The notes under the pieces: generated by a model
Told to the model about the DNA's origin: nothing
Database searches by the model: none
What the model saw: only the letters and a program-made list of their open reading frames with translations
Part shown: positions 41,200-52,054 of the stretch, one piece after another
Layout: every line of letters begins with the position of its first letter
Position numbering within the stretch: the stretch's first letter is position 1
Source of the DNA: an uncultured Methanomassiliicoccales archaeon
GTDB lineage: Archaea > Thermoplasmatota > Thermoplasmata > Methanomassiliicoccales > UBA472
Direction of reading: 5' to 3'
DNA length: 64,000 bases
Assembly: GCA_963695345.1 (NCBI GenBank)
Contig: OY968769.1
Coordinates: 1,856,001-1,920,000 of the forward strand
Translations under genes and position numbers: made by a program

Positions 41200-41722
41200 G
41201 GGACTGCAGAGGTTTTTGCAGCACTTGGACGCAAGGAACCGATGTCGATGCGTTCCTTCTCTTCCACGATGCTCCCTTCCTTTCCTAGATGTGCCATCTC
41301 CTTCTCGTCCCAGACCCTGAGGGTCGATCATTATGAAGCCTATACCGCGATGCAGCGCCACGGATTCATAGATGAATCCGACCAATCGCAGGACCTTGGG
41401 GAACTCGTTCTTCTGCTTCAGCAGGCGGAGGTCCTCCATCAGGAAGTACCGACTTTCCTCCAAGCTCGAAGAACTTGGTGATGGTATCTGTCAGGACCAT
41501 CAGGTTCTGGGGGTCGACAGAATATGGTCCGACCGTTTCTGACAGGGTCAGGACGCATTCGGGAGAAACCTCCAGGTCGTGCATGACCGTTTCCGGATCC
41601 CGCGGCGAGACGATCAGAAGGCGATATCCGGCTGATCTAAGGCCAGCTATGAGCTCACGGCCCCGACCTTCCTCCTTCCCCTTCAGGAAGTAGAGTGTGC
41701 CTGGCTTGATCTCTTTCTGCAT
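41200..41722 (-). CDS. DUF835-like protein (frameshifted; 3' end uncertain)
   Basis: LLIVSPRDPE, VDPQNL, FLMEDLRLLKQKNEFPKVL, IMIDP. Confidence 0.65.
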
Positions 41723-41779
41723 CCTTCCTCTCCAACCTGTATGACAATGGGATATTGATAGATAATTAATGGCCTGCCC

Positions 41780-42512
41780 CTAGACGAAATGGAGGAGAAG
41801 GACCCCGACGACCGTGCCGATGGCCATCGATGAGACGTTGTTGCCGAGCTTGTCCACCATCTTCCAGGTCTCGAACGTCGCTCCGATGAACGAATCGACC
41901 ATGCATCCGAACACGCCCATGACGATGGGTATGAAGACCCTTCCGTCTATGGCCATCCCCGGGAAGAGGACCGACCCAGCCGGCGATCGAAACGAACATC
42001 GACGCCATTATGGCCCAGAACGTCCCGTAGACGGAGATTCCTCCGTCAGTACCCGCCGGCACCTTCTTGAAATTGGTGATCAAACGGACCTGGGGGCTCA
42101 GCACGCCCAGTTCGCTGGCGATGGTGTCGGCGGCGGCCACGCTGATGGAACAGAGATAGGCGAGCACGGCGAGGGGCTGGTTCTGCATGCCGGCGGCATA
42201 CGATATCACGGCGATCAGCGCGGGCACGAAGGCGTTGGCGAAGACGTTCTTGTAGGTCCTCTCTCCCTTCTTCCCTTCCTGCAGGCCGTTCTTCATCTTG
42301 ACATCTATCTTGTACCGGGTCACCACGAAACCTGCCAGGGCGAACGCGATCAGCATGATCAGCCAGTTGATCGACCCAAAGACACCGATGACCACTCCCA
42401 TGACGAACGATGCGGCGCTCCCGCTGGCAGTCAGGAGCCCGAACTTATAGGAGATGAGCGATAGCAGCGCGCAAAGGGCCAGGACTATCGCCAGGTTCTC
42501 GATGACCGACAT
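41780..42512 (-). CDS. DUF92/TMEM19 family membrane protein (one frameshift ~41975)
   Basis: GERTYKNVFAN, AADTIASELG, GTDGGIS, DSFIGAT. Confidence 0.85.
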
Positions 42513-42558
42513 TGCCCAGCTCAACGGTATGCGGATATAAACCCATTGCTCGGATGGC

Positions 42559-45500
42559 TCATCCTTTTCCGAAAGGCCCGCTGCGCCGGACCAGCGGATC
42601 GACCGCGTCCTTAATTCCCCGGACCTTCTCCAGGTCTCCGTTCCACCCTTTCAGTGCCGGTCCGAAGTTCGTTTGGATATCGTCGATCACCGATTGCATG
42701 CGACCCGGCACCGACCCGGTCCGGTTCGAATGAAGTACGACAGCCAGATAGAATGATTCCCCTTTCTCGACGAGGATCTTCTTCTCGCCAAAGTCGAGGC
42801 GATTGAGCCCGGTGGAGGACTCATCCTTGAACGAATCCTTGACGAACATCTGGATAGCCACGAACATGGAGGCCAGGATATCATCGTCCATTCCCGGCTT
42901 TATACGCCTGGTCTGGTGCGCCATCAATTGGCCGTCCTGGAAGATGATGAACACCTCGTCCACAGGGACCAGGCTCCGATAGACCAGCAAGATCAGGACC
43001 GAGATGATCAGAGCTACAGCGGTCAAAATGGCCAGCTGCTCGGCGGAAATCCCCAAAGGAGCGGCCGCCTTTATATTCAACTGGTAGGTCTGGGTGGAGT
43101 AGGGGTTGTTGTTCTCGTCAATGGCGATTATGCTGTATGAAACGTTGGTGTCGGATGCCTGGGCGGGGATCTGACCGTAGAAGGTGTTCGGTCCGTTCAT
43201 GGGCGTCATCGCTATTGACAGCTCGTTGCCGTTGTTGATCCGGTATAGTAAGGTCACATTCCTGACTCCGAACAGGTCCGTCACCTTCGCCATGATCGTT
43301 ATCGCCTGGCCAGCGGTGGCATTGGCACCGGTGGACTCCAAGACCACCGTGGGAGAGGTACGGTCCACCAGGACTATCCTCTGCTCCAAGGCCGAGCCGG
43401 ATCCCCATTGGTCCCTGACCATCAAGGTGATGTTATACCTGCCATCACTGGCGAACTCATGCGATACGATCAGGTTGCTGGCGGAAAAGGCCGTCCATCC
43501 GCCCTGGTCTCCGAAGTTCCATCCATATGTCAGCGATGCGATATCGGAGGGGGTATCGGTCGACAGCGTGGCGTCGAAGAGCACCTCGCCGCTGTTCCGA
43601 GTGGAGTTCTGCGAGCTGAAGTGGGCCACTGGAACAAGGTTCTTGACCTGCACCTCTAGGTAGGCCGAGCACTCGGAGAACCCGTCATCATCCCATACCC
43701 TGACCTTCAGCCAGTGGATGCCCGGTTCCGTAAATGTCCAGGAGGTGTGGTTGGTTGCCAGCGGGTTCGATGCCACCCATGTCCCCCCGGTATTGTAGTC
43801 GAAATTCCATTCGTATTTCGTTATCGGTTTATAGGAAACGGCCGAGGCCCAGAAGCCTGCCTCTTGGTCCAGGTCATAGGTCAGGCCATCCGATGCTCCG
43901 AATCCCAGGATGCGCGGGTTCGATTCTTGCACTTTGACGACCATCCCCACAAGGCGCCATGAGCCGTCCGAAGCGGTCACGTTCAGGCTCACCCATCGGT
44001 CCCCATTCTCCGAGAATGTGAAGGAAGCCCCAGCAATATCGTTGTCATATCGATGCCAGGTCTGGTTATTGTCATATGACCAGTTCCACGATACGACCGG
44101 ATTGTATGATTCCGTGGTCACCGTGAACCTGGTCACCTCTCCCTCTGAGGACGGTCCGTTCAGTTCCAGGGACACCATCGGAGGCGTCGGTTGGACGTAC
44201 AGCCACTGTGCGGCCTCATCGGTGAATCCCTGCTCATCGGTCACATTGAGGACGATCCTGTACCATCCCTTCAACATGAATGCGTGGGTCACCCCCGTCG
44301 CGGTTCCGTTCGTTTCCGATCCATCCCCGAATGTCCACCGATAACTGACGATGGGGGTCCATGAGAGACCGCCGGTACTGTTGAAGAACGAGAGCGAGCC
44401 TACCCGGTTGATGGCGCTCTGGAAAGCGGCCGAAGGTTTCGCTTCGGTGACATGGAACGACCACAGGGTGGAATTCGAGATCCCGTCGTCGTCCGTTATG
44501 GTCAACCTGACAGTGTGCTCCCCGGCCCCGAAATTCTGCTTCGCGTCCTGGGAGCCATTGGCGTGGACGCCATCGAACTCCCATTGCCATGAACTGACGG
44601 CGGCATGGGAAACACCAGATGGCTGGCTGGTATCATTGAAGGAGACCCATCTCCCTTCGGACGGAGAATCGGGCCAGATGGTACAGCTTGCTGACGGGTA
44701 GGTCTGGTCGATCACGATGACCCTATTGTCAATGCTCTTAAGCCCTCCTCTGTCCGTGACCGTCAGACATACACAGTAGGTGAGGTTGTCCAGATATCTG
44801 TGGGTGACCGTTCTTCCATAACCGGTCCCCCCATCCCCGAAGTTCCAGGTATAGTTCAGGGTAACGATGTCCGAATACGAATCCAGGCTGGAGGCGCCGC
44901 TGAACGAGGCGTACTGGCCCCTATACTGGTGGGACGGCGCGGTCATCACCGCTACCGGGGCCAGATCGTGCTGGAACCAGATGCTCACGGAATGGCTGCC
45001 CGGTGAGCTGCAGACGATATCCGTCCTGCCGTCACCGTTGACATCCTGGGCCATTATGCCGGCCGGGGATGATCCGGTGGAGAGGTTGAAAATATTGACG
45101 AAGGTACCGTAACCGGTCCTGAGATATGCGGCCAGGCGTGGCGAATCAGAGTAACCGACAAGGACATCGGAGAGGCCATCATCGTTCACATCGCCGATGG
45201 TCAGCGAGGAGGATCTGCCCCTCAATGATAGCGAGGTTTCCGGGAAGAAGGTGGTATCGTCGAATCCATAGCTGGGCTGGATGAAGACCAATAGCCTCCC
45301 GTTCTGGGTGACGGCGGCGATATCGTCCTTTGCCGTGCCCCCGAGGTCCCCCAGAGCAATGGTTCGCATCAGGTCAGCGGACCCGGTGCTGAGGTTGGTT
45401 TTCGGAGAGTGCTGATAGTAGGAGCCCGGACCGCCCGGCAGGTTCCTGAGGTAGATCTCCACCTTGTTCATGCCTGTGTTCAGCAGGGCAATATCGGAAC

Positions 45501-47352
45501 TGTCGCCGTCCATGTTGAAATCGCTTACAACGATGTTCTCCCGGTCCCCGGCTATCGCACCGCCCAGGGTCTCGGACGAGGTCTGGTTGAAGGGCTGGCC
45601 GTCGCCGGTGTTGAAAAGAATGTAGCAACCTTGGCCATAGCCGACCATCAGGTCATCGAACTCCCCTCCTCTGAGGCATTCGGCCGACATGCATAGGGGA
45701 TCCGAGAAAGGAAGGGAGATATTCTTGTACGGCTGGCTGCCGGAAAAGAGCTGGGACCCGCGATAGAGGCTGATCGTGTGGGAGGCCGCATTGAGCACGG
45801 CCAGGTCTTCCACGCCGGTCAAGCTGAACCTGCCGAAAGCCACCGCGACCGGTCCATTCTGGGTTTGCATGGTCCATGTAGTGTTGGTCCTCTGGTTGTA
45901 AAGGAGGACCTTGTTCGCGGCGGTCAGGACGGTGGCCATGATGGTGTCGCCATTCGCCAGTTTGTCCGAGGCGATCGCCGTCAGCTTGTAGGAAGCGGTA
46001 AAGAGGTTCCTGCCGGCATTTCCGGTCAATCTCGGATTTGCGTTGAACCAGGTGAGCGACCCGTTCTCTCCTGAGGTCCCCTGGCATAGGATGAAGAGGC
46101 CTTCATGGCCGGCAATGGAATCGTCGATTATGGCCTTCAACGGCGATTCGTCAACTGGAAAGGTGAGGTTCGAGTATTGGCCAAAGAACCCGACCCCGTC
46201 CTGGAAGAACGTGCTTGCATTGGCGTATGCGTACGAGAGGGCGACCAAATCAACGGTAGGGTCATCGGATAGGTTCCCAACTGCCACGGAACCAAGCCCC
46301 AGAGGGGTTTTCAGAGGCGCATGCGGGGGATTGGTCGGAAACCCATTCCCGTCGTTCGGATAGATGCGCAGGGTCGAGTATCCCCCGGAGTTGCTGGAAT
46401 CTGCGAAGATCAGATCGCACCGGCCATCTCCATTGACATCGGCCAGCTGCACATCGGATGCCGATCCGGCGATCGTCTTCAACGATGTCGTCCATGCCGT
46501 CTTCCAAGTAGCTGGTTGGATCGCGATGAAGACATCCGTTCCGCTCTTATTGCCCACGATCAGGTCCATCCGGTCATCCCCGTCCACATATCCAGACGCT
46601 AGAAACTGGCTCTTGGTGAAAACGGGGTCTCCAGCGATCGAGATAGGTATTCTCCAGAAGTTGGTGGACGGATTCGAGAATGGGTATCTCCAGATGTTGA
46701 TGTTGTCGTCCTGGTCGACAGAGCCGCCCATGCAGACGGTGGCGATGCAATTGACCGCGCCGCCGTACCTGCCAATCACAACATCATATGGCTGGGCATC
46801 CACGTTCAGCTGAACACAGGTTGATGGACTGAAATGGGGGAAGCTCGCCGACTGATAGAAGATCGCAATATGTCCATTGCCCAACGAATCATTGTAGCTC
46901 ACCACGATATCGTTCAGTCCGGCTCCATCCAGGTCATAGATGACGATACTGCGCATATCGACAATATCCGACTTTGAGAGCATCCAAGGATTGCCGGAAA
47001 GCGCACCGTTGGCGCTCCTGTTGTAAATGCAGATCTCATTGGGCTGTTTGCTGATCACCGCGGCATCGCTCAGACCGTCATTGTTGAGGTCACCCATGGC
47101 GAAGTCTTGGCTGAGACGGTCAACACTGAGGACATACGATTGGTTGTCGAAGACCGTTCCAGACTGGAATTGCTTCGCCGGGGTGAACGTCTCCTCCAAA
47201 GGACCAGAGGGAATTATGTTCGATGGCGAGGCGGCCGCGGTCGTCTTTTCCACCGTCAGGCCATTTTGGCTGGAGCCGGAGCTAAGCCCCGTCGCCAGCA
47301 AGAGCGCGACCATAAGCAATGCTACTGCCGCAGTGCCTAACGCTTTCCTCAT
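42559..47352 (-). CDS. Giant surface protein: FG-GAP/VCBS repeats, multiple PKD domains, TM, ~130-aa cytoplasmic domain
   Basis: Signal peptide; GDLNNDGLSD-type repeats; YTWNFGDG PKD motifs; TM LAILTAVALIISVLILLVY. Confidence 0.88.
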   Translation of the reverse strand: MRKALGTAAVALLMVALLLATGLSSGSSQNGLTVEKTTAAASPSNIIPSGPLEETFTPAKQFQSGTVFDNQSYVLSVDRLSQDFAMGDLNNDGLSDAAVISKQPNEICIYNRSANGALSGNPWMLSKSDIVDMRSIVIYDLDGAGLNDIVVSYNDSLGNGHIAIFYQSASFPHFSPSTCVQLNVDAQPYDVVIGRYGGAVNCIATVCMGGSVDQDDNINIWRYPFSNPSTNFWRIPISIAGDPVFTKSQFLASGYVDGDDRMDLIVGNKSGTDVFIAIQPATWKTAWTTSLKTIAGSASDVQLADVNGDGRCDLIFADSSNSGGYSTLRIYPNDGNGFPTNPPHAPLKTPLGLGSVAVGNLSDDPTVDLVALSYAYANASTFFQDGVGFFGQYSNLTFPVDESPLKAIIDDSIAGHEGLFILCQGTSGENGSLTWFNANPRLTGNAGRNLFTASYKLTAIASDKLANGDTIMATVLTAANKVLLYNQRTNTTWTMQTQNGPVAVAFGRFSLTGVEDLAVLNAASHTISLYRGSQLFSGSQPYKNISLPFSDPLCMSAECLRGGEFDDLMVGYGQGCYILFNTGDGQPFNQTSSETLGGAIAGDRENIVVSDFNMDGDSSDIALLNTGMNKVEIYLRNLPGGPGSYYQHSPKTNLSTGSADLMRTIALGDLGGTAKDDIAAVTQNGRLLVFIQPSYGFDDTTFFPETSLSLRGRSSSLTIGDVNDDGLSDVLVGYSDSPRLAAYLRTGYGTFVNIFNLSTGSSPAGIMAQDVNGDGRTDIVCSSPGSHSVSIWFQHDLAPVAVMTAPSHQYRGQYASFSGASSLDSYSDIVTLNYTWNFGDGGTGYGRTVTHRYLDNLTYCVCLTVTDRGGLKSIDNRVIVIDQTYPSASCTIWPDSPSEGRWVSFNDTSQPSGVSHAAVSSWQWEFDGVHANGSQDAKQNFGAGEHTVRLTITDDDGISNSTLWSFHVTEAKPSAAFQSAINRVGSLSFFNSTGGLSWTPIVSYRWTFGDGSETNGTATGVTHAFMLKGWYRIVLNVTDEQGFTDEAAQWLYVQPTPPMVSLELNGPSSEGEVTRFTVTTESYNPVVSWNWSYDNNQTWHRYDNDIAGASFTFSENGDRWVSLNVTASDGSWRLVGMVVKVQESNPRILGFGASDGLTYDLDQEAGFWASAVSYKPITKYEWNFDYNTGGTWVASNPLATNHTSWTFTEPGIHWLKVRVWDDDGFSECSAYLEVQVKNLVPVAHFSSQNSTRNSGEVLFDATLSTDTPSDIASLTYGWNFGDQGGWTAFSASNLIVSHEFASDGRYNITLMVRDQWGSGSALEQRIVLVDRTSPTVVLESTGANATAGQAITIMAKVTDLFGVRNVTLLYRINNGNELSIAMTPMNGPNTFYGQIPAQASDTNVSYSIIAIDENNNPYSTQTYQLNIKAAAPLGISAEQLAILTAVALIISVLILLVYRSLVPVDEVFIIFQDGQLMAHQTRRIKPGMDDDILASMFVAIQMFVKDSFKDESSTGLNRLDFGEKKILVEKGESFYLAVVLHSNRTGSVPGRMQSVIDDIQTNFGPALKGWNGDLEKVRGIKDAVDPLVRRSGPFGKG

Positions 47353-47601
47353 GCCATCCCTTACGGGCCCAAAAATGAAAGTGATGGTCCATATATAGTC
47401 GCTCTCAAATTCTACCTCCTGTAAATATCAAGCGATCCTCATCCCGGATCATCCCCAAGGTCTGATTGAGAACTATCGAATTCCGACCTATCGTATCAAA
47501 TATCTTAGTACTGGCTACATTAAGGTGGGACTATTATCACTATCAGTCGGGAGAATCTCGAGAATATCACTTTATATAAATCCGCCCGTTCAATAGGTTT
47601 G

Positions 47602-47967
47602 ATGGAATCGAAAGCCGTGGGGTTTGACCTCGCGGAATTAGCGCTTGACGCCGATGCCGCGAAGATCCTAGCTCTAACTTACACCAACCCAAGAGGGGTG
47701 AGAGAGCTCTGTGATGTACTTAAGATACCGCAGGTCAAATGCTATAGGCGCATTAAGGACCTGGAGAAATTGGGGCTACTGAAGGGAATTGGATCAAACA
47801 AACGAAATAGGACATACTCGTCGAACATGGAACGCATGTCGCTGATCATCAACGACAGTCGCATGGTCTTGACGACAGAATTCAAAGATGGTGGAAAGAG
47901 CAGCTTCGACCTAAAATTGAATCCAGAAAGCGGTTCTTCCACCACCAACCACCAGACCAATCAGTGA
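47602..47967 (+). CDS. Winged-helix (ArsR-like) regulator
   Basis: KILALT...ELCDVLKIPQVKCYRRIKDLEKLGLL. Confidence 0.8.
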   Translation: MESKAVGFDLAELALDADAAKILALTYTNPRGVRELCDVLKIPQVKCYRRIKDLEKLGLLKGIGSNKRNRTYSSNMERMSLIINDSRMVLTTEFKDGGKSSFDLKLNPESGSSTTNHQTNQ

Positions 47968-47984
47968 TATTGAAAGGACATATC

Positions 47985-48257
47985 TCAACTTTCTAGGACC
48001 GCATAAGAATAGATCGATTCTGCCAATTCCCGAACCGCTTCCTTGTCGGTCGCTGGGGTCACCAGCAGCCTTCCGTTCGTGTACAATGTTACCTCGATAC
48101 CTTCCCTTTTTGCGATGATCATCACTGGATTCTGGTCCACCTCAAATCCGTTGGCGCGGAGGGACTCCGAGGTGCGATCGAGATTGAATCGTATCGGCGT
48201 CTGGGGCACCGCCGACATCGCCTCGGACTTGCATATTCGGATGATTCGGAACTTCAT
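47985..48257 (-). CDS. Small hypothetical protein
   Basis: 90-aa ORF with globular alpha/beta pattern (EVTLYTNGRLLV). Confidence 0.65.
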   Translation of the reverse strand: MKFRIIRICKSEAMSAVPQTPIRFNLDRTSESLRANGFEVDQNPVMIIAKREGIEVTLYTNGRLLVTPATDKEAVRELAESIYSYAVLES

Positions 48258-48548
48258 CTGCTAAGTCATTGATGACCGTCTATTGAATACATGCTCTCAT
48301 TCGGGACCTGTGATTGACCTTGAAGAAGATCCTCGGCATATCGCCTCAGGCCCTATTGTCCGATGGATGGCCGCCGATCCGCTTGAATGTTCTAACCGCA
48401 GGGCATCGTAGTCCGCCAAACATAAGGGCATCATGGTCCTGGGCCGAGCTACCCTGACCTCTTTGTTCATTGACCTCAGAGGGTCGAGGATGTCCCGTCT
48501 CTGGAAGTGCACTCATCTGTATCGGACCAGCAGACACAAATGTCTTCG

Positions 48549-49082
48549 TTACGGGATCGAGTCAAGCATTTGCGCGCATCCGGACCTGAACTCTGCCAAA
48601 GTGCCCTCGTTGATGATCATCAGGTCCGCCAACGCTATCAACGATCCCAGTCCCCAGGACAGCTCCCGTTCGTCCCGGGCATCGAACTCCTCCCTGCTTC
48701 CCGGAGCATCTTGCCGGGCGCGCTTGACCAGGCGGGGATGCCGTGTGCGGGGCGATGAGTGTATCGCAACCAGTTTGATGTCTAACCCGAAACGCTCCTG
48801 GTAGACCTTCAGTTCCATGATCCCGCGCGAACCATCAATTATCGTCCTTTCCGATTTGACCCGATCCAAGCAGCGTTTTGCCCAGATGTCATAGCCGTAC
48901 TTCTGCCTCTCCGCGTTGGCGAATCCGCCTACGCCCTTGTCGCTGACCCCTGCGGAAGTACTAGCGGCGAACTCCCTGACCACGTCGCCCATCCTCACCA
49001 CCTGGAAACCTCTTTCGATAGCAACCGAGACGAATTCTTCTTTCCCCGCCCCGGGCATCCCTGCGATCACGATAAGGACCAT
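48549..49082 (-). CDS. Archaeal dephospho-CoA-kinase-like P-loop protein (COG0237)
   Basis: AGMPGAGKE, MGDVVRE, RDERELSWG. Confidence 0.8.
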   Translation of the reverse strand: MVLIVIAGMPGAGKEEFVSVAIERGFQVVRMGDVVREFAASTSAGVSDKGVGGFANAERQKYGYDIWAKRCLDRVKSERTIIDGSRGIMELKVYQERFGLDIKLVAIHSSPRTRHPRLVKRARQDAPGSREEFDARDERELSWGLGSLIALADLMIINEGTLAEFRSGCAQMLDSIP

Positions 49083-49230
49083 GTTGTCAATCCCGAATTT
49101 ATCCCTGAAGATATTAAGAGTTCTCCAGTTTCTCGAATTTCATAAATCAGAGAAATGACAGAAACATATTAAATGGAAACAGGATATGGTATTTGGACTG
49201 AGTGTAGGGTCAGGGGAAATTTTCGGAGGT

Positions 49231-49629
49231 ATGGGATTGCAGGGAACGAAATCTGTTGAGAATGTTCTTGACGAAATAATCAATGCTGAGTTCGGAAAGG
49301 ACCAGAAGATCGAGAGCGTCTCGGTCGTGTCCAAGAGCGGCCTCATCATCACAGGAGATCCAACCAGATTGCCGGCCAAGCCTGAGATGTTCTCGGCAAT
49401 GATCTCCGTTATCTTCAGCTCAGCCGAGTCCTCCCGGGTAGAGCCGAAGAAGGACAAACTGGAATATGTCATTGGCGTGTACAAGACGAAGAAGATCTTC
49501 GTTTGGGAGCTCTCCCAGAGCCTTATGATCGCGCTGACCTGCGACCGTGACATACCGGATGAAATGATGCTCGCAAGGATACAGAACGTGGCGAACAAGA
49601 CCAAGGAAGAACTGGTCTGGCTGCGTTGA
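49231..49629 (+). CDS. Roadblock/LC7 domain protein
   Basis: IESVSVVSKSGLII...EMFSAMISVIFSSAE; GGAGGT before ATG. Confidence 0.75.
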   Translation: MGLQGTKSVENVLDEIINAEFGKDQKIESVSVVSKSGLIITGDPTRLPAKPEMFSAMISVIFSSAESSRVEPKKDKLEYVIGVYKTKKIFVWELSQSLMIALTCDRDIPDEMMLARIQNVANKTKEELVWLR

Positions 49630-49754
49630 ATTTCTAGGCATCTTCCCTTGCCAGAGGGAGTGAACTGGCATCTGTTTCTGTAGCGAATCTTCAGGTCCGG
49701 GGGTTATTCCCCGCCAGAATCGTCCTTTTGCTTGATGGATACGGTCTGGGAAGC

Positions 49755-50213
49755 CTATAGCAGGTTCTCTCCGATGTCCTCGACGATGCGGTCGCAATAT
49801 ATGCAACGCAGCACCGGGGGGTTCTTTGATTCGACGACGAACTCTGGCTCCACCGGCTCGTTGAGGTTGGTGATGCAATTGGGGTTGCCGCACTTTGCCT
49901 TGCCGCGGACGATGTCCGGTAGCCTCACGTGGTGCTTCTCCGCCACATTGAAATCGCGGATGATGTTGATCGTGGCCTTGGGCGATATCAAGGCGATCTT
50001 GTCCACATCCTTGGGGTCGAGTTCCCGGTCCTCCACCTTGACCACGTCCTTCCAGACGGCCTTTTTCGAAGGTACGTGCATGAGGACGGATACCGGTGAC
50101 TGGACGTTACCTTCCTTCAGCCCGATGATCCTTAGGACCTTGAGCGCCATGCCGCAGTCGATGTGATCGATGACGGTCCCGTTCCTGATCGGTGTGACCT
50201 TGAACTCCTTCAT
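49755..50213 (-). CDS. pyrI: Aspartate carbamoyltransferase regulatory subunit
   Basis: IRNGTVIDHI, CGNPNCIT, LRCIYC. Confidence 0.95.
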   Translation of the reverse strand: MKEFKVTPIRNGTVIDHIDCGMALKVLRIIGLKEGNVQSPVSVLMHVPSKKAVWKDVVKVEDRELDPKDVDKIALISPKATINIIRDFNVAEKHHVRLPDIVRGKAKCGNPNCITNLNEPVEPEFVVESKNPPVLRCIYCDRIVEDIGENLL

Positions 50214-51142
50214 TACAATTCACCTCCGAGCACCAGGTTCAACAGGGCCATCCGCACCGGGACTCCGTTGAACGCCTGTTCGAAGTACTTGGCGTGCTGC
50301 GTGGTATCGACCTCCGGGGCGATCTCATCCACCCGGGGCAACGGATGCATGACGATTAGGTCGCTCTTGGCCTCGCGCAGCAATGAGTTGTCGACGCGAT
50401 ACATGCCAGCCACCTTCTGGTATTCAGCCGCGTCGGGGAATCTCTCACGTTGTATCCTGGTGATGTATAGAACGTCAGCGTCGGCGATGACCTCGGACAG
50501 CTTGACCCTGAGCTTTGGTTTCCCGCCGTTCTTCTCCACCTGCTTGATCGTCTCCTTCGGCATCTGCAACGTCGAAGGTGCCACGAAGGTGAGGTCGGCC
50601 CCGAACATGGTAAGTGCCTCGGCCAGGGAATGCACGGTGCGACCGTACTTCAGATCCCCCACCATCGCCACCTTGATGCCATCAATGGACTTCTTGGAAC
50701 GTCTGATGGTGAATAGGTCGAGCAGGGTCTGGGTCGGATGCTGGCCTGCGCCATCTCCGGCATTGATGACCGGCTTTGTGGAGAACCGCGCCGCCAACCG
50801 CGCCGCCCCTTCATGCGGATGACGCAGAACGATGACATCGGAATATGACTCGACCATGCGGATGGTGTCGGCCAGTGTCTCTCCTTTGACTATGGAGGTC
50901 ATGGAAGGCACACCCATGTCGATGGACTGACCATGGAGCCTGCTTATGGCCGACTCAAACGACATCCTGGTGCGGGTGGATGGCTCGAAGAACAGGTTCG
51001 CCAGGATCCGGCCGTCCAGGGCCTTGGTGAACTTCTCCCCTTTGGCGTAGGGGATCATTTTCTCGGAAAGGTCCAGGACAGTATCGATCTGCTCCCGGCT
51101 AAGGTCCCTGATAGAAACGATGTCCATACCCTTGAAGTTCAT
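50213..51142 (-). CDS. pyrB: Aspartate carbamoyltransferase catalytic subunit
   Basis: FFEPSTRT, HPTQTLLD, TRIQRER, MHPLPR. Confidence 0.96.
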   Translation of the reverse strand: MNFKGMDIVSIRDLSREQIDTVLDLSEKMIPYAKGEKFTKALDGRILANLFFEPSTRTRMSFESAISRLHGQSIDMGVPSMTSIVKGETLADTIRMVESYSDVIVLRHPHEGAARLAARFSTKPVINAGDGAGQHPTQTLLDLFTIRRSKKSIDGIKVAMVGDLKYGRTVHSLAEALTMFGADLTFVAPSTLQMPKETIKQVEKNGGKPKLRVKLSEVIADADVLYITRIQRERFPDAAEYQKVAGMYRVDNSLLREAKSDLIVMHPLPRVDEIAPEVDTTQHAKYFEQAFNGVPVRMALLNLVLGGEL

Positions 51143-51233
51143 GTTCTCGGAATCGGTATGCTTCGGTGGCATATATTACCCTTGGTAGAATTGCTGGCAT
51201 GTTTAGGTGGCAATAATCGGGGGGAAGTCCCGC

Positions 51234-51596
51234 TCACTTCTCTGGCCGGTTATCCGCCGGTTCCCCGAACTTGGTCAGGATGAACTGCATCCTCTCATAC
51301 CAGTCGTCCACGCAGTGCTTCAGCTTCTGTTCCAGCTCGGCCCGGCTGATGGCCCGATAGAGGTGAAAGTAGCCCCCGCGCTCGATGCTCTTGGTCTCTC
51401 GGAAGCACATGCCGCAGGTCATCATCTTCTGCAGCGCCCGATAAACCGTAGACCGGTCCTTGCCCATCAGGTCAGCCAGGTCATCCGCTCTTTTCGGTCC
51501 GACGGCAATCAAATGGTTAAATACATCTACCTCGAACTCGCTCAAAGAGAAGGCGCACTGGACAAGATCCTTGCAATTAGAAACGTTGTTTATCAT
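51234..51596 (-). CDS. TrmB-like HTH transcriptional regulator (COG3355-like)
   Basis: KDRSTVYRALQK, GGYFHLY; divergent from tusA. Confidence 0.82.
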   Translation of the reverse strand: MINNVSNCKDLVQCAFSLSEFEVDVFNHLIAVGPKRADDLADLMGKDRSTVYRALQKMMTCGMCFRETKSIERGGYFHLYRAISRAELEQKLKHCVDDWYERMQFILTKFGEPADNRPEK

Positions 51597-51701
51597 CTTT
51601 TCCGGGAGCACGGTTCACTCCTGCGCTTTTGTGCAGTAAGTCTTATAAACTCGCAGTTATATAAGATTGTTGCACAACCGTGCAAAACCGAAGGGACCAA
51701 C

Positions 51702-51932
51702 ATGCAGAAAGATGAGACATTGGACTGCAAGGGCCTGATGTGCCCGATGCCTATAGTCAAGCTGGCTAAAAAGATGAAAGAGCTTCCGGCAGGGAAGGTT
51801 CTCGAGATGGTATCAGATGACGTTGGCTCCAAGGAGGACGTCCCAGCCTGGTGCAAGAGGACGAACAATGAACTTGTCGAGATGAAGGAAGACAAGGGCG
51901 TCTTCTACTACTACATCAAGAAGCTGGCATGA
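51702..51932 (+). CDS. tusA: Sulfur carrier TusA/SirA family
   Basis: LDCKGLMCPMP, DVPAWC. Confidence 0.92.
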   Translation: MQKDETLDCKGLMCPMPIVKLAKKMKELPAGKVLEMVSDDVGSKEDVPAWCKRTNNELVEMKEDKGVFYYYIKKLA

Positions 51933-52054
51933 GGGAGAAGGGGCCGCTCAGGAGCCCTCCGACCCCATTGACGGGGTCATTGTGGTCAACCCAAATTAGA
52001 AAAGTTGGGTGCGGCCAAGAACGTCCGATTGATTGATCGATGGAAGTGATTCGA

